Shown here in pieces: positions 49,790-62,269 of a stretch of 64,000 nucleotides of DNA; the first letter of the stretch is position 1; every line of letters begins with the position of its first letter. This stretch comes from Malacoraja senta (lineage: Eukaryota): positions 684,001 to 748,000 of the forward strand of contig CM075995.1 in the NCBI GenBank assembly GCA_038087875.1, written 5' to 3'. The translations under genes and the position numbers were made by a program. The notes beneath the pieces were generated by a model. That model was not told the origin of the DNA and did no database searches. It saw nothing but the letters and a program-made list of their open reading frames with translations.

Positions 49790-50047
49790 AAGCAGCAACT
49801 CTGGAGGAATTCAGCGAGTCAGGCAGCATCTCTGGGGTAATTCAGCACGTCAGGCAGCATCTCTGGGGTAATTCAGCGGGTCAGGCAGCATCTCTGGGGT
49901 AATTCAGCGGGTCAGGCAGCATCTCTGGGGTAATTCAGCGCGTCAGGCAGCATCTCTGCAGTAACTCAGCAGGTCAGGCAGCATGTCTGGAGTTACTCAG
50001 CGGGTCAGGCAGCATCTCTGGAGTAACTCAGCGGGTCAAGCAGCATC
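49790..50047. repeat. Tandem array of a 30-bp unit derived from the Penelope terminal repeat
   Basis: About 8-9 copies of CTGG(G/A)GTAA(T/C)TCAGCGGGTCAGGCAGCATCT. Confidence 0.92.
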
Positions 50048-50399
50048 CTATTACTCCAGATTCAGGTAGTTTCTCCACCACTTTGCTTTTTTTTTTTGTA
50101 ACCTATCCATGTTCTACAGAGATGCTGCCTGACCTGCTGAGTTACTCCAGCACTGTGTCTTTCTTTGTTTGCTTGGTTTTTTTTGTTATCTATTGAGAAC
50201 TGTGTTACAGACCTGTTCTTCTGCTGCAAGTAAGAGTTTTATTGTTCTGTTTCGGTACATATGATGGTCTGTAGGATAGCGCTAGTGCATGGGGTGATCG
50301 CTGGTCGGCGCGGACCCAGTTGGCCAAATGTCCTGTTCCCTAAACTAACGTTTAGGGAACAGGCCCTTTCTCTAAACTAAACTATAGCAGATTCACACA

Positions 50400-51030
50400 G
50401 GCAAATTCAATGCTAGCATTTATATCAAGAGGACTGGAATACAAAAGCAGAGATGTAATGCTGAGGCTCAATAAGGCGCTGGTCAGACCGTATCTGGAGT
50501 ACTGTGAGCAAACTTGGGCCCCATATCTGAGGAAGGATGTGCTGGCTCCAGAGAGGGTCCAGAGGAGGTTTACAAGAATGATTCCAGGAATGAGTGGGTT
50601 AACATATGATGAGCATTTGACAGCACTGGGCCTGTACTCGCTGGAGTTTAGAAGTTTGAGGGGGGACCTCATTGAAACTTACAGAATAATGAAAGGCACA
50701 GATAGAGTGGATGTGGAAAGGATGTTTCCACTGGTGAGAGAGTCTAGGACTAGAGGTCAGCCTCAGAATTAAAGGGAGTTCTTTCAGAAAGGAGGTGAGG
50801 AGGAACTTCTTTAGTCAGAGGGTAGTTAATCTGTGGAACCCATTGCCACAGACGGCTGTGGAGGCCAGGTCAATAGATATTTTTAAGGCAGGGATAGACA
50901 AATTCTTGATTAGAACGGGTGTCAAGGGTTAAGGGAAGAAGGCAGGAAAATGGGATTAGGAGGCAGCCATGATTGAATGGCGGAATAGACTCGATGGACC
51001 GAATGGCCTAATTCTACTCCTATAACTTTG
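50400..51030 (+). mobile_element. CR1-clade LINE 3' fragment
   Basis: MLAFISRGLEYKS...LVRPYLEYC...RRFTRMIPGM...RGDLIETY. Confidence 0.88.
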
Positions 51031-51335
51031 TGAACACCGGTCATTCTCCCGTCTCCTGTCAGGTAGAAAATATAAAAGCTTGAAAGTGCCTACCATCAGA
51101 TTCAAGAACAGCTTCTTCATTGCAGTTATTAGACACTTGGACAAACAATTCATATGATAAGGACCCATTCCCGATCTTCCAATCTCCCTCACTGCAGCCC
51201 TTGCACTTTTTTTTCTATCTGCACTTTCTCTGCAGCTGTAACACTAAAGTCTGCACTCCGATTCCTTTTGCATTACCGATGATGGACCTGTGCATGGCAC
51301 GATTTGCCTGGATCGCACACAAAACAAGGTTTTTC

Positions 51336-53597
51336 CAGGGCTCTCGCTTAACTTTTTTCCCCTGTTGCCAGCCGGGCAACCTTGGCAGCTTTTTAGGTTG
51401 CCAAATGACAGTTTAGGTGGTCATTTAAGATGGCTTGCATGACGCGTGCGATAATGTGCTCGGACGAAGTGCGTAGTTACCAGTCGGAATTATACTCAAT
51501 GAAGCATTCACATATTATTCTGCTTCAAATAAAGTCACAAACTAAACATATTCACCAATCAAGACATGATATATCCCACAATGACATGCAGCAAAATTAT
51601 AAGACAGTATCTCAACTATTTTTGCAATTAATGCAATTTCTATTAGTTCTTTCCACTTCCAAACAAAAATGTGGTTGGATTATTCAGCGTATGATCAACC
51701 TGTGTCAATAAATCCTGGACCATGGTAACATATATGCGTACGTATAGTTGTGAATGTTGCTCATTAAATAACTACAGTACTGATACTCCATATTAAGAGC
51801 ATTGATTTGCCGTTAAAATGAATTCTGTAATAACGTGTCAACGGCAGCAGTGACAATCGAACACTGCGGTTTTAATGTTTCACGTGTTCACAATTTAATT
51901 AATCCATCTTTATGGATTAAAACAAATAATAACATTGGGAATTAAAACACATTTGATTGCATTCTGTTATCAAACATAGTCAATGTTCGCTCTGAAGACA
52001 TTTCCAGCACAATAGGGTCAGGGAGGGGGGTGTGTGTGAATCAGTGCAGGGTGGATAGATGGCGGGGGTGGAGGGGGGGGGGGTATTAGAAGGCAGTCGG
52101 TGCAGAATGGATGGATTGAGGCAGGTGAATTAGTACGTGTTGGTTGGAGTAGGTAAAATTGTGAGGGGAGAGCACCGGAGATGTCAGTGGTGTTGAATGG
52201 GGGGGGGTTCAGTACGGGATGGATGGGGGTAGACAAAAGTGTTGGAGAAACTCAGCGGGTGAGGCAGCATCTATGGAGCGAAGGAAATAGGCAACGTTTC
52301 GGGTCGAGACCCTTCTTCAGACTGTTCCCCCCATTCTTCTTGAATGGGAGAATCAGTACAGGATGGATGGGGGGGGATATCAGCGCAGGATGAATGGGGG
52401 GGGGTCAGTACAGTGTGGATCAGAGGGTGTGCAGGATGAATGGGGGATCACTATAGGATGAATGAGGGGAAGGGGGGAAGATGCAGGGTAAATGGAGGGT
52501 AAATGGAGGGTGGGTCAGTACAGGATGAATGCGTGGATTAGTACAGGATGGATGGAGGAGAAGTGCAGGATGGATGGGAAAGGGGTAAGTACAGGGTGAA
52601 TTGGGGAACCAGTGTAGGATGGATGGGGGGGGGGGGGGTGGCATGAGAATCAATGCGAGGTGGATAGGGTGATCAGCGCAGGATGAATAGATGGGGGGGG
52701 GTAGATGTGGAGGGGAGCACAGGGGATGTCAGTGAGGACTGACTAGACGCGGGAATGGGGATCAGTGTGGGATGGAGTGGAGGGGTCCCAGGATAAGGGG
52801 GTGGAGGGGGCGTACAAGAGGGAGAGAGAGAGGGGGAGAGGGGGGGTCGAGGTGGGGAGGAAGGAAGATCAGCGCTCCTCGGACAACATCGCCCCGCTGC
52901 CTTGGCCGTTGGGAACTCCTCGCCACCGCCTCCCTCCTCCGCCAGCCAACAGCAAGGTGTGGGGCCGAGCGGTGCAGCTCAAAGATCCTATAGCTATAGG
53001 ATCTTTGGTGCAGCTGCTTCAGACGAGTAGGAGCGATTGACGGGCCCCACACAGCGGCAACAGCAGCAGCGGCCGCGGCTCCATCTCCTCCCGCCCCCGC
53101 CCGCCCTGATAAGGGCCTCTGCTTGTAAACCCGCTAACGGCGATAACCGCTTTCAAAACAAACCCTCCCGCACGCCGAGGCCTCCCCCTCCCTCCCGGCC
53201 TCGGCGTGCGGGAGGGAGGGTTTGTTTTTAAAGCGGTTATCGCGGTTAGCGGGTTTACAAGCAGAGGCCCTTATCAGGGCGGGCGGGGGGGCGGGAGCAG
53301 GAGGAGATGGAGCCACTGCTGCCGCTGTTCGGGGCCCGTCATTCGCTCCGACCCTTCGTCACCCCGCACCTAGTATCTTTGCCCCGCAATACAGCCGTCA
53401 CCGCCGACACAAAACATCGCGTTCCTTTTCTCAAGAGATGCTGCCTGACCCGCGGAGTTACTCCAGTTTTTTGTGTCTATCTTCGGTACAAACCAGTATC
53501 TGGTTGCCAAGCCGGGCAAAATGACTCAGTGTTTAGGTTGCCCGGCGGCGCTTTGAGTGGTCAGTGGCACCCGGGCAACCTCTAATTTCGAGCCCTG
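51336..53597. mobile_element. Putative non-autonomous TIR element (CAGGGCTC ends) with G-rich tandem repeats and a large internal palindrome
   Basis: CAGGGCTC at the left end and GAGCCCTG at the right end, subterminal CCGGGCAACC/GGTTGCC motifs at both ends, interrupts a LINE-type tail. No clean TSD. Confidence 0.6.
52015..52870. repeat. G-rich degenerate minisatellite
   Basis: Repeated TCAGTACAGGATGGATGGGGG-like units of about 20-25 bp with G tracts. Confidence 0.8.
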
Positions 53598-56128
53598 TTA
53601 TCATGTATCCCTGTACACATGACAAGAATAAAGCGAACCCAATAACAACTCAGCAGCTAAACGGGCAAAGAAACGGTTCCTATCATTCATGGCAAAATCC
53701 CTATCTCTGCTGTAGACTTAGAATCAGGGTCATAGTGTGGAAATAGGCTCTTCGGCCCAACTCGCCCACACCGACAAACATGTTCCACTATACTAGCCCC
53801 ACCTGCCTGCATTTGGCCCATTTCCTCCCAAACCTGTCCTATCCATGTACCTGTCTTACTGTTTCTTAAACGTTGGAATGGTTCCAGCCTCAACTACTTC
53901 CTCTGGCACCTTGTTCCATCCACCCACCACCCTTTGTGTGAAAAAGTTAAGGGCCTGTCCCACTTGAGCGACTGCGGAGCGTCAGTGACTGACGCCCGTA
54001 AAACCGTCAAGTTGCACGACATACACGCTGACGTATGCTGTCATGCGGGTGGTGCGCCCGGTTTAGGGTTGAGGCTGTAAAATATTCTTCCTTCAATGCA
54101 TGGATTTTAATCATTAATATATTAAATTTAATACAATAAAATCAATTGTGCAAATGAAAAGATGTCTGAGTCGTTCAGTTTTATTTATAGGTGTATTGGT
54201 CTGCTTCCAGATCCGATCACCGTCTCTATAACTTTTCACAGGATGGATTCAGTGAGTGCAGACTGAACTCCCCCCTCCACTCTTCCCCCCCTCCCGCCCC
54301 CATCCCTCCTCCACTCCCACTCCCCCTACCCTTCAACCCTCCCCCCCAGTCTCAGCCCGGACACATCCCCCTCCCATCAGGCAAGCGGTACAGAAGTGTG
54401 AAAACGCACACTGCCAGATTCAGGGACAGTTTATTTCCAGCTGGTATCAGGCAACTGAACCATCCTATCACCCACTAAAGAACGGTCCTGAGCTACCATT
54501 TACCTCATTGTAGACCCTTGGGCTATCTTCAATTGGACTTTACTGGACTTTATCTTGCACTATACGTTATCCCCTTATCCTGTATCTGTACACTGTCGAC
54601 GGTGCGATTGTAATCAGGTATAGTCTTTCCGCTGACTGGATAGCATGCAACAAAAAGCTTTTCACTGTGCCTTGGTACATATGACAATAAACTAAGCTAA
54701 AATATTTAAGTCTACAGTTATTTACAAACCTGTCCTCTCATCAGCGAGAGTGCAGTCCTGACTTCTCTTCTACATCATTGGAGACCTTTGAATCTTAATC
54801 AGACTTCAATGTTAAATCTTTGCAGCAAATGCCGTACCTTTATTCTTTATCGGACTTTATCATGCATTAATATACCCTTTATCCCGTATCTGTACACCAT
54901 GGACGACTTGATTGTATTCATGTATAGTCTTTTTCTTGACTGGAGAGCATGCAAACAAAAAGCTTTTCAGTGTTCTCTGTGGGATGCAAGCAGAACCCTC
55001 CACGTGGCACATCCCAGGCAATGCTGACGACAGAAACTGTACCACAGTGACTGACTGAAGTAGCCAATTCTGCAACCACCGACCGTCAACCGTCACTGAC
55101 CGTGATGTGGAAGATGGCCGGACACGAGGAACAAGAAGTGTCCTCTGTACACACGATAATAATAAACTAAACTCTAAACTTCAAGTACGATTTCCTGAAG
55201 TCAGCATTATCCCTTTAAAATTAAAGATAAGCAAGAACCGAGCACAACACGCTCCTAATTCTATGGCGACTGCTCTGCGATGCTTTCCGTTTAGTTTAGT
55301 TTAGAGATACAGCGCGGAAACAGGCCCTTCAGCCCACCGGGTCCACACCGACCAGCGATCCACGCACACTAACACTATCCGACACACAAGAGGGACAATT
55401 TACAAATATACCAACAACAACCAGACAGCAGCCCTGAACTACTATCTACCTCACTGGTGACCTTGATCAGACTTTGCTGGCTTTACCTTGCACTAAACGT
55501 TATTCCCTTATCATGTATCTATACACCGTAAGTGGCTCGATTGTAATCATTTCCGCTGACCGGATAACACACAACAAACGCTTTTCACTGTGCCGTGACA
55601 ATAAACATAACGAAACTAGGATTAACCCACAAACCTGTACATCTTTGGTGTGTGGGAGGAAACCAGGGTACCCGGAGAAAACCCACGCAGGTCAGGGGGA
55701 GAACGTACAAACTCCGTACAGACAGCACCCATAGTCAGGATCGCACCCGGGTCTCTGGCGCTGGAAGGCAGCAACTCTACCGCTGCACCACCATGTTGCC
55801 CTGTGTGGAGCTTCAAACTTAACCCTCTCTGACTGTGGGCGGAAATGTGAATTAAGCGAATAATAATAACATCATTAAAATACACACCTGATGCAGGAAT
55901 AGGTCATGCGTTAACACGCATCGCACACGAAAGTGCCTGATCTAATTAATCTGAACAACTAAAGGTTTTCACTATACCTCGGCACACGTGACAATAAACT
56001 AAACTGAAACTGAAACTTCTGCATATGGTGCGCTTTTACCCAACACCATCGCCAGTGGGATCTGCTGCACAGAAAACCAATCTGGAAACATTCCAATTTC
56101 TAAGCTTGGATGTCAGCAATATAAATGT

Positions 56129-56355
56129 GTAGGAAAGAACTGCGGATGCTGGTTTAAATCGAAGGTAGACACAAAACGCTGGAGTAACTCAACGGGACAG
56201 GCGGCATCTCTGGAGAGAAAGAATGGGTGACGTTTTGGGTCGAGACCCTTCTTCAGACTGAAGAAGGGTCTCGACCCGAAACGTCACCCATTCCTTCTCT
56301 CCAGAGATGCCGCCCATCCTGCTGAGTTACTCCAGCGTTTTGTGTCTACCTTCAC
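56129..56355. mobile_element. Palindromic Penelope terminal-repeat mini-element
   Basis: Near-perfect inverted repeat centred on CTTCAGACTGAAG; 12-bp direct repeat CAATATAAATGT at 56117-56128 and 56356-56367. Confidence 0.88.
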
Positions 56356-56480
56356 CAATATAAATGTCGAACTAATGTCCTTTTGGATGATGTCACCAAG
56401 GAGTAGAATGGAGAACTGCACCAGGGAAGGTCCTCGACAAATTCCTGAAGCAAGAACATAGGAAGGGGAATAAAAATAAA

Positions 56481-56795
56481 GGGCGGCATGGTGGCGCAGC
56501 AGTAGAGTTGCAGCCTCACAGCGCCAGAGACCCGGGTTAGATTCTGACTACAGGTTCTGTCTGTACGGAGTTTGTATGTTTTCCCTGCGACCTCGTGGGT
56601 TATCTCCGGGTGCTCGGGTTTCCTCCCACATTTCAAAGACATGCGGGTGTGTAGGTTAATTGGATTATGTAAAATTGTGAAATTGCAAATTGTCCCTTGA
56701 GTGTAGGATAGTGCTAGTGTGCGGGGTGATCGCTGGTCGGCATGGACTCGGTGGGCCGAAGGGCCTGTTTCCACGCTGTATCTCTAAAGTCTAAA
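56481..56795 (+). mobile_element. tRNA-derived SINE, full length
   Basis: A/B boxes, core and tail. Confidence 0.85.
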
Positions 56796-59394
56796 ATAAA
56801 ACAAAATAGGTAGATCCTCACTGGATGAATTAATATTGATTTTCTGAGAATAAATGGCTTTAAAAAAAACCCTATCAATTAATAATTATCCTGGAGTCCT
56901 CGACTCCTAAGTGTTTTAAGTATCTTTATGAAGAAAGACCAAAGGTAAATGCCTACACATCAGTCAAATGGAGTCCCAAGAGGGTGCAGATGCTTGGATT
57001 AGGAGTGAAAAAAAACTGTTGGAAGAATTTAGTGGATCAGGTAGCATCTGTGGAGGCAAACGGATAGTTGATGTTTCAGGTCAAGACTGGCACCAGGACC
57101 AGCCAGCAGAGTCTTGAGCCAAAACATTGAGAATCCCACTGTCTCCACAGATGCTGCTTGACCCGCTGAGTAACTCCAATGGCTTGTAATTTTCCCCTTC
57201 CAGTTGAAGAGATAGAACCATTTGCACACGCACATGCACACAGACTTCCTGACACATTAGATGGGAAAGCACACCATAGGTCAAACCAAAGGGCAGTCAC
57301 AGTGGCGCAGCGGTAGAGTTGCTGCCTTACAGCAAAATGCAGCACCAGAGACCCGGGTTCGATCCCGACTACGGGTGCTGTCTGTATGGAGTTTATACGT
57401 TCTCCCCGTGATCTGCGTGGGGTTTCTCCGAGATCTTCGGTTTCCTCCCACACTCCAAAGACGTACAGGTTTGTAGGTTAATTGGCTTGATAAAATGTAA
57501 AAATTGTCCAGTGTAAAATTGTCCAACTTCCAGTGCTGAGTGATGCTCTACCTGGAGCTTTTCAGCGAACTACATCCAGATCCAGAACTTCAAGAAAAGC
57601 AAAACTAGACTCAGAGTGCTGGAGTAACTCAGCGAGTCAGGCAGCATCTCAGGAGAGAACATGACAATAGACAATAGACAATAGGTGCAGGAGTAGGCCA
57701 TCCGGCCCTTCGAGCCAGCACCGCCATTCAATGTGATCATACAATACAATACCATTTATTGTCATTTGAACCTCAAATGAAGTTCAAACGAAATTTGGTT
57801 TCTGCAGTCATACAAACAAGTAAAAAGAACCAAGACACAACACAATTTACACAAACATCCATCACAGCGAATCTCCTCCTCGCTGTGATGGAAGGCAAAG
57901 TCTTATCTCTCCCCTGCACTCCCCATTCTCCTCCCGATGTCAGAGTCAGAGCCCCCGGCGGGCGATTTAAAATAAGTCCCGCGGCCATTAAAGCCGCGCC
58001 GGCCGATGCAAGGCTGCCCACCGGGTCTGGATGTTGGAGCCCCCGGTAGCGCTAGCAAGTCCAGCGGCCATTTAAAGCCTCGCCGGGCGATGTTAGACCC
58101 AGCTCCAGGTCATCTTCAACCCCGCAACTCGGGCGGGAGAAGTTGCCGTTGCGGGAGCCCCGAAAAGCGGTCTCCCACCAGGGACCCGCGAGCTCCCGAT
58201 GTTACCGTCCACCAGACCTGCGGCTGGAGCCTCCGAATCTCCGGGGTCGGGTCACAGCCGAGCGCCACCGCAGCTCTCCACGCTCCGAACTCGGCCAGAT
58301 GATCATGGCTGATCATCCCCAATCAGTACCCCGTTCCTGCCTTCACCCCATATCCCCTGACTCCGCTATTTTTAAGAGCCCCATCTAGCTCTCTTGAGAG
58401 CATCCAGGGAACCTGCCTCCACCGCCCTCTGAGGCAGAGAATTCCACAGACTAGCCACTCTCTGTGAGAAAAAGTGTTTCCTCGTCTCCGTTCTAAATAG
58501 CTATACTCCTTATTCTTAAACTGTGGCCCCTGGTTCGATCAGGATGGATGGGTGAGGATTCGGGATGGGACCTAAACCAAACTGTCACCTATCCATGTTC
58601 TCCCGAGATGCCCCATGACCCGCTGAGTTACTCCACCACTCTGTCTTTGTGCAGTACCTCGATTCTACAAATTAAAGCTGGGCCAAGTTTGGAAGCTGCA
58701 GATGCCTCTCAGCCATACAGCAGATGCAAAGTAGTGCTAACACTTGGAGAGTGGGCTGGTGGATGTTTGTGTTAAAATTTGGCGAGTTGGCGAGTGGGAT
58801 GTTTGTGTTAAAATGTTATTGTGTATTGTGTGTTCTTTCTCATTGTACCGCTGCTGGCAAATTCATTTCACTTGCACTTTATGTGCAATGTGACGAATAA
58901 AACTGATTGTATTGTATTGTATTGGTGGAGTATAAATATCAATTGCACATGATAGACACAAAGTGCTGGAGTAACTCGGCGGGTCGGGCAACATCTCTGG
59001 AGAAAAAGGATGGGTAACGTTTCAGGCCGGGACCCTTCTTCAGAGACGCTGCCTAACCCGCTGAGTTCCTCCAGCACTTTGTATCTATCTTTGGGTATAA
59101 ACCAGCATCTACAGTTCTTTGTTTCTACATCGATGGGTAATTTTGATCACAAATGTGAAAAAAAACAGGATCATTATAAACGTAACAGCACCGTATCCAG
59201 AGGAGCTGCAATTTTTTTTCACATTGTGCACACCAAGCAAAATATTTTCAATAGCTCATGACTGCAAACACTGGAAACTTATGAGTAATGCCTTTCCACC
59301 TTACTAATGACAAACTGGAGACTTGAGGCAGCACCAGTTCAGTTTTGTAATCTTGATAGCGTCGATCCCGAAGCTGTCGAACCGAGCTTCTTGG

Positions 59395-60045
59395 ACAGTG
59401 GATCTTCTGGGTAGTGTTGTAGAGCAGAGGGATCTAGGAGTAAAGTGCATGGTTCCTTGAAGGTCGAGTCGCAGGTAGATAAGGTGGTCAAAAAGGCTTT
59501 TGTCACTTTGGCCTTCATCAGTCAGAGAATTGAGTATAGAAGTTGGGAGGTCGTGTTGCAGTTGTATAAGACGTTGGCGAGACCGCATTTAGAATATTGT
59601 GTTCAGTTCTGGGCACCATGTTATAGGAAAGATTTTGTCAAGCTTGAAAGGGTTTATGAGGATGTTGCCAGGACTAGAGTGTGTGAGCTACAAGGAGAGG
59701 TTAAGTAGGCTGGAGCCTACTCTATTCCATGGAGCGTTGGAGGATGAGGGGAGATCGCATAGAGGTATACAAAATCATGAGAGGAATAGATCAATAAAAT
59801 TTAGGCTGAGCCTAATAGGAATCCGAGGGGTAACCTTTTTAGAGGGTGGTGGGTGCATGGGACAAGCTGCCAGAGGAGGTAGTTGAGGCAGGGATTATCC
59901 CATCATTTAAGAAACATTTGACAGGTACATGGATAGGACAGGTTTGGAGGGATATGGACCAAGCGCAGGCAGCTGGGACATTGTTGGCCGGTGTGGGCGA
60001 GTTGGACCGAAGGGCCTGTTTCCACACGGTATCACTCTATGACTC
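59395..60045 (+). mobile_element. CR1-clade LINE 3' fragment (another subfamily)
   Basis: QRDLGV..HGSLKV..QVDKVVKKAF...RPHLEYCVQFW; 3' end GGCCTGTTTCCAC is shared with the SINE tails. Confidence 0.82.
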
Positions 60046-62069
60046 TAAGTAAACCTTCTGTTTAAACATGACAAAGACCTGCTGGGACCGTAACCAACAT
60101 ATGCATCTCTACCCATTCCTTCTCTCCAGAGATGCTGCTCGCTCCGTTGAGTTACTCCAGCATTTTGTGTCTATAGAGTCATAGAGTGATACAGCGTGGA
60201 AACAGGCCCTTCGGCCCAACTTGCGCACATTGGCCAACATGTCCCAGCCATACTAGTCCCGCCTGCCCACGTTTGGCCCATATCCCTCCAATCCTGTCCT
60301 ATCCATGTACCTGTCTAACTGTTTCTTAAATGTTGGAATGGTCCCAGCCTTAACTACCTCCCCTGGCAACTTGTTCCATACACCCACCGCCCTTTGTGTG
60401 AAAAAGTTAGCCCTGATTCCTATTAAATTTTTTACCCATCACCATAAACCTATGTCCTCTGGTCCTTGATTCATCTACTCTGGGCAAGAGACTCTAGCTC
60501 AGAACCGCTGGTCCTGGCAACATCCTCGTAAATCTTCTCTGTATCCTTTCCTGCTTGACAACATCTTTCCTATAACCTGGTGCCCTCTCTGAATATAACA
60601 TGCATCTGTGAACTGGTCGGCACAGCGCCAGAGACCCACGTTAGATCCTGACTACGGGTGCTGTAGCTCAAATTTCACTGCACCAATTAGTGTATGTGAC
60701 AATAAATGTCCTTTATCCTTGTCCTTTGTCCCTTTTGTCTGCACAGAGTTGGTAGGTTCTCCCCGTGACCGCATGGGTTTTCTCTGGACGCTGCGTTTTA
60801 TTCCAAAGACATACTGATTCGTAGGTTAATTGGCTTCCGTAAATTGTAAATTGTCCCTAGCGTGTAGGATAGTGCCAGTGTGCGGGGTGATCGCTGGTCG
60901 GCGCGATTCTCGTTGTGCTGAAGGGCCTGTTCCCAAGCTCTATCTCAATGGTCTAAAGTCAAACTGCACAGCGAACATCAATAACACCACCCTTCATGTT
61001 TGCTGACATGTCATGATGAACAGTGACATCTTTCCAAAGCAATTGATCACCCAGAACCGCTGCAGAGAAAACCTGGGACTTTTCTACGTAGTCATCAAGG
61101 AAGGTCTTCACTCAGAGTTAAGGAGTCAGTCAGACAAGCACAGAAAAAAGTCCCTTGGCCCAACTCATCCATGCAACCCAAGATGTCTATCTAAGCTAGA
61201 CCTATCTGCCAGAATTTGGATAATATTCTTTCAAGACTTTCCTATCCATGTACCTGTACAGATGTATTTTAAATATTGTAATTGCATCCATGTCCCTACA
61301 ACTTTATTGCTGAAACCATCCACATCATTTTAGACTGTAGAGATACAGCGTGGAAACAGGCTCTTGGCCCACCGAGTCCGTGCTGACCAGCGATTCATGT
61401 ACACTAGTTCTGTCCTACACACCAGGGACAACTTTTACCAAAGCCAATTAACTTATAAACCTGTACGTCTTTAGAACGTGGGAGGAAACCGGAGCACCCG
61501 GAGAAAACTCACAAGGACACAGGGAGAAAAGACAAACTCTGTACAGACAGCGCCAGTGATCAGGATCGTACCCAAACACAGGTCTCTGGCGCTGTAAGGC
61601 AGAAACTCTACCGCTGCACCACTGTGCCTCCCCGGCACAATCTCCAACTTTCTAAAGTTTGAGAATTCAATGTTTGGAAGACACAAAATGCTGGAGTAAC
61701 TCAGCGGGTGAGGCAGCATCTCTGGAAAGAAGGAATGGGTGACGTTTCGGGTCGAGACCCTTCTTCAGTTCGTACCATTGGGTTGTAAGCAACCCAAGTC
61801 GAGAAAATAATTTGATGCTTTACGGGAAAAGAACTGGTAAATAGGATGAATGGATTTCTCTGCAATCAGGCAGTATAAACAAAATGGGCTGAACATCCTC
61901 GTTATCTGCTCTGATGATTTTATACTGACCACCTCACTAACGCAGCTCACTCTTGGTTCCATTAAGTTCTGGGCCAAGGAAGAAAATCCCTTTGCAAGGG
62001 CAATGCGTTTTTATCCACTCACATTAAAACTCTTGGGTATGAGCTACAGAGAGAGGTTGAGTAGGCTGG

Positions 62070-62269
62070 NNNNNNNNNNNNNNNNNNNNNNNNNNNNNNN
62101 NNNNNNNNNNNNNNNNNNNNNNNNNNNNNNNNNNNNNNNNNNNNNNNNNNNNNNNNNNNNNNNNNNNNNNNNNNNNNNNNNNNNNNNNNNNNNNNNNNNN
62201 NNNNNNNNNNNNNNNNNNNNNNNNNNNNNNNNNNNNNNNNNNNNNNNNNNNNNNNNNNNNNNNNNNNNN
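62070..62269. other. assembly gap (200 N)
   Basis: Run of exactly 200 N between two oppositely oriented CR1 fragments. Confidence 0.99.

Noticed and set aside
49790..50047. CRISPR-like regularly spaced repeats
   Set aside because: Head-to-tail 30-bp units with no unique spacers, derived from a retroelement repeat, in a eukaryotic context with no cas genes.
52870..53450. CpG-island promoter or first exon of CAP2
   Set aside because: It lies within an apparent TIR element and is largely a palindrome, and I found no convincing minus-strand donor. Not excluded, but unsupported.
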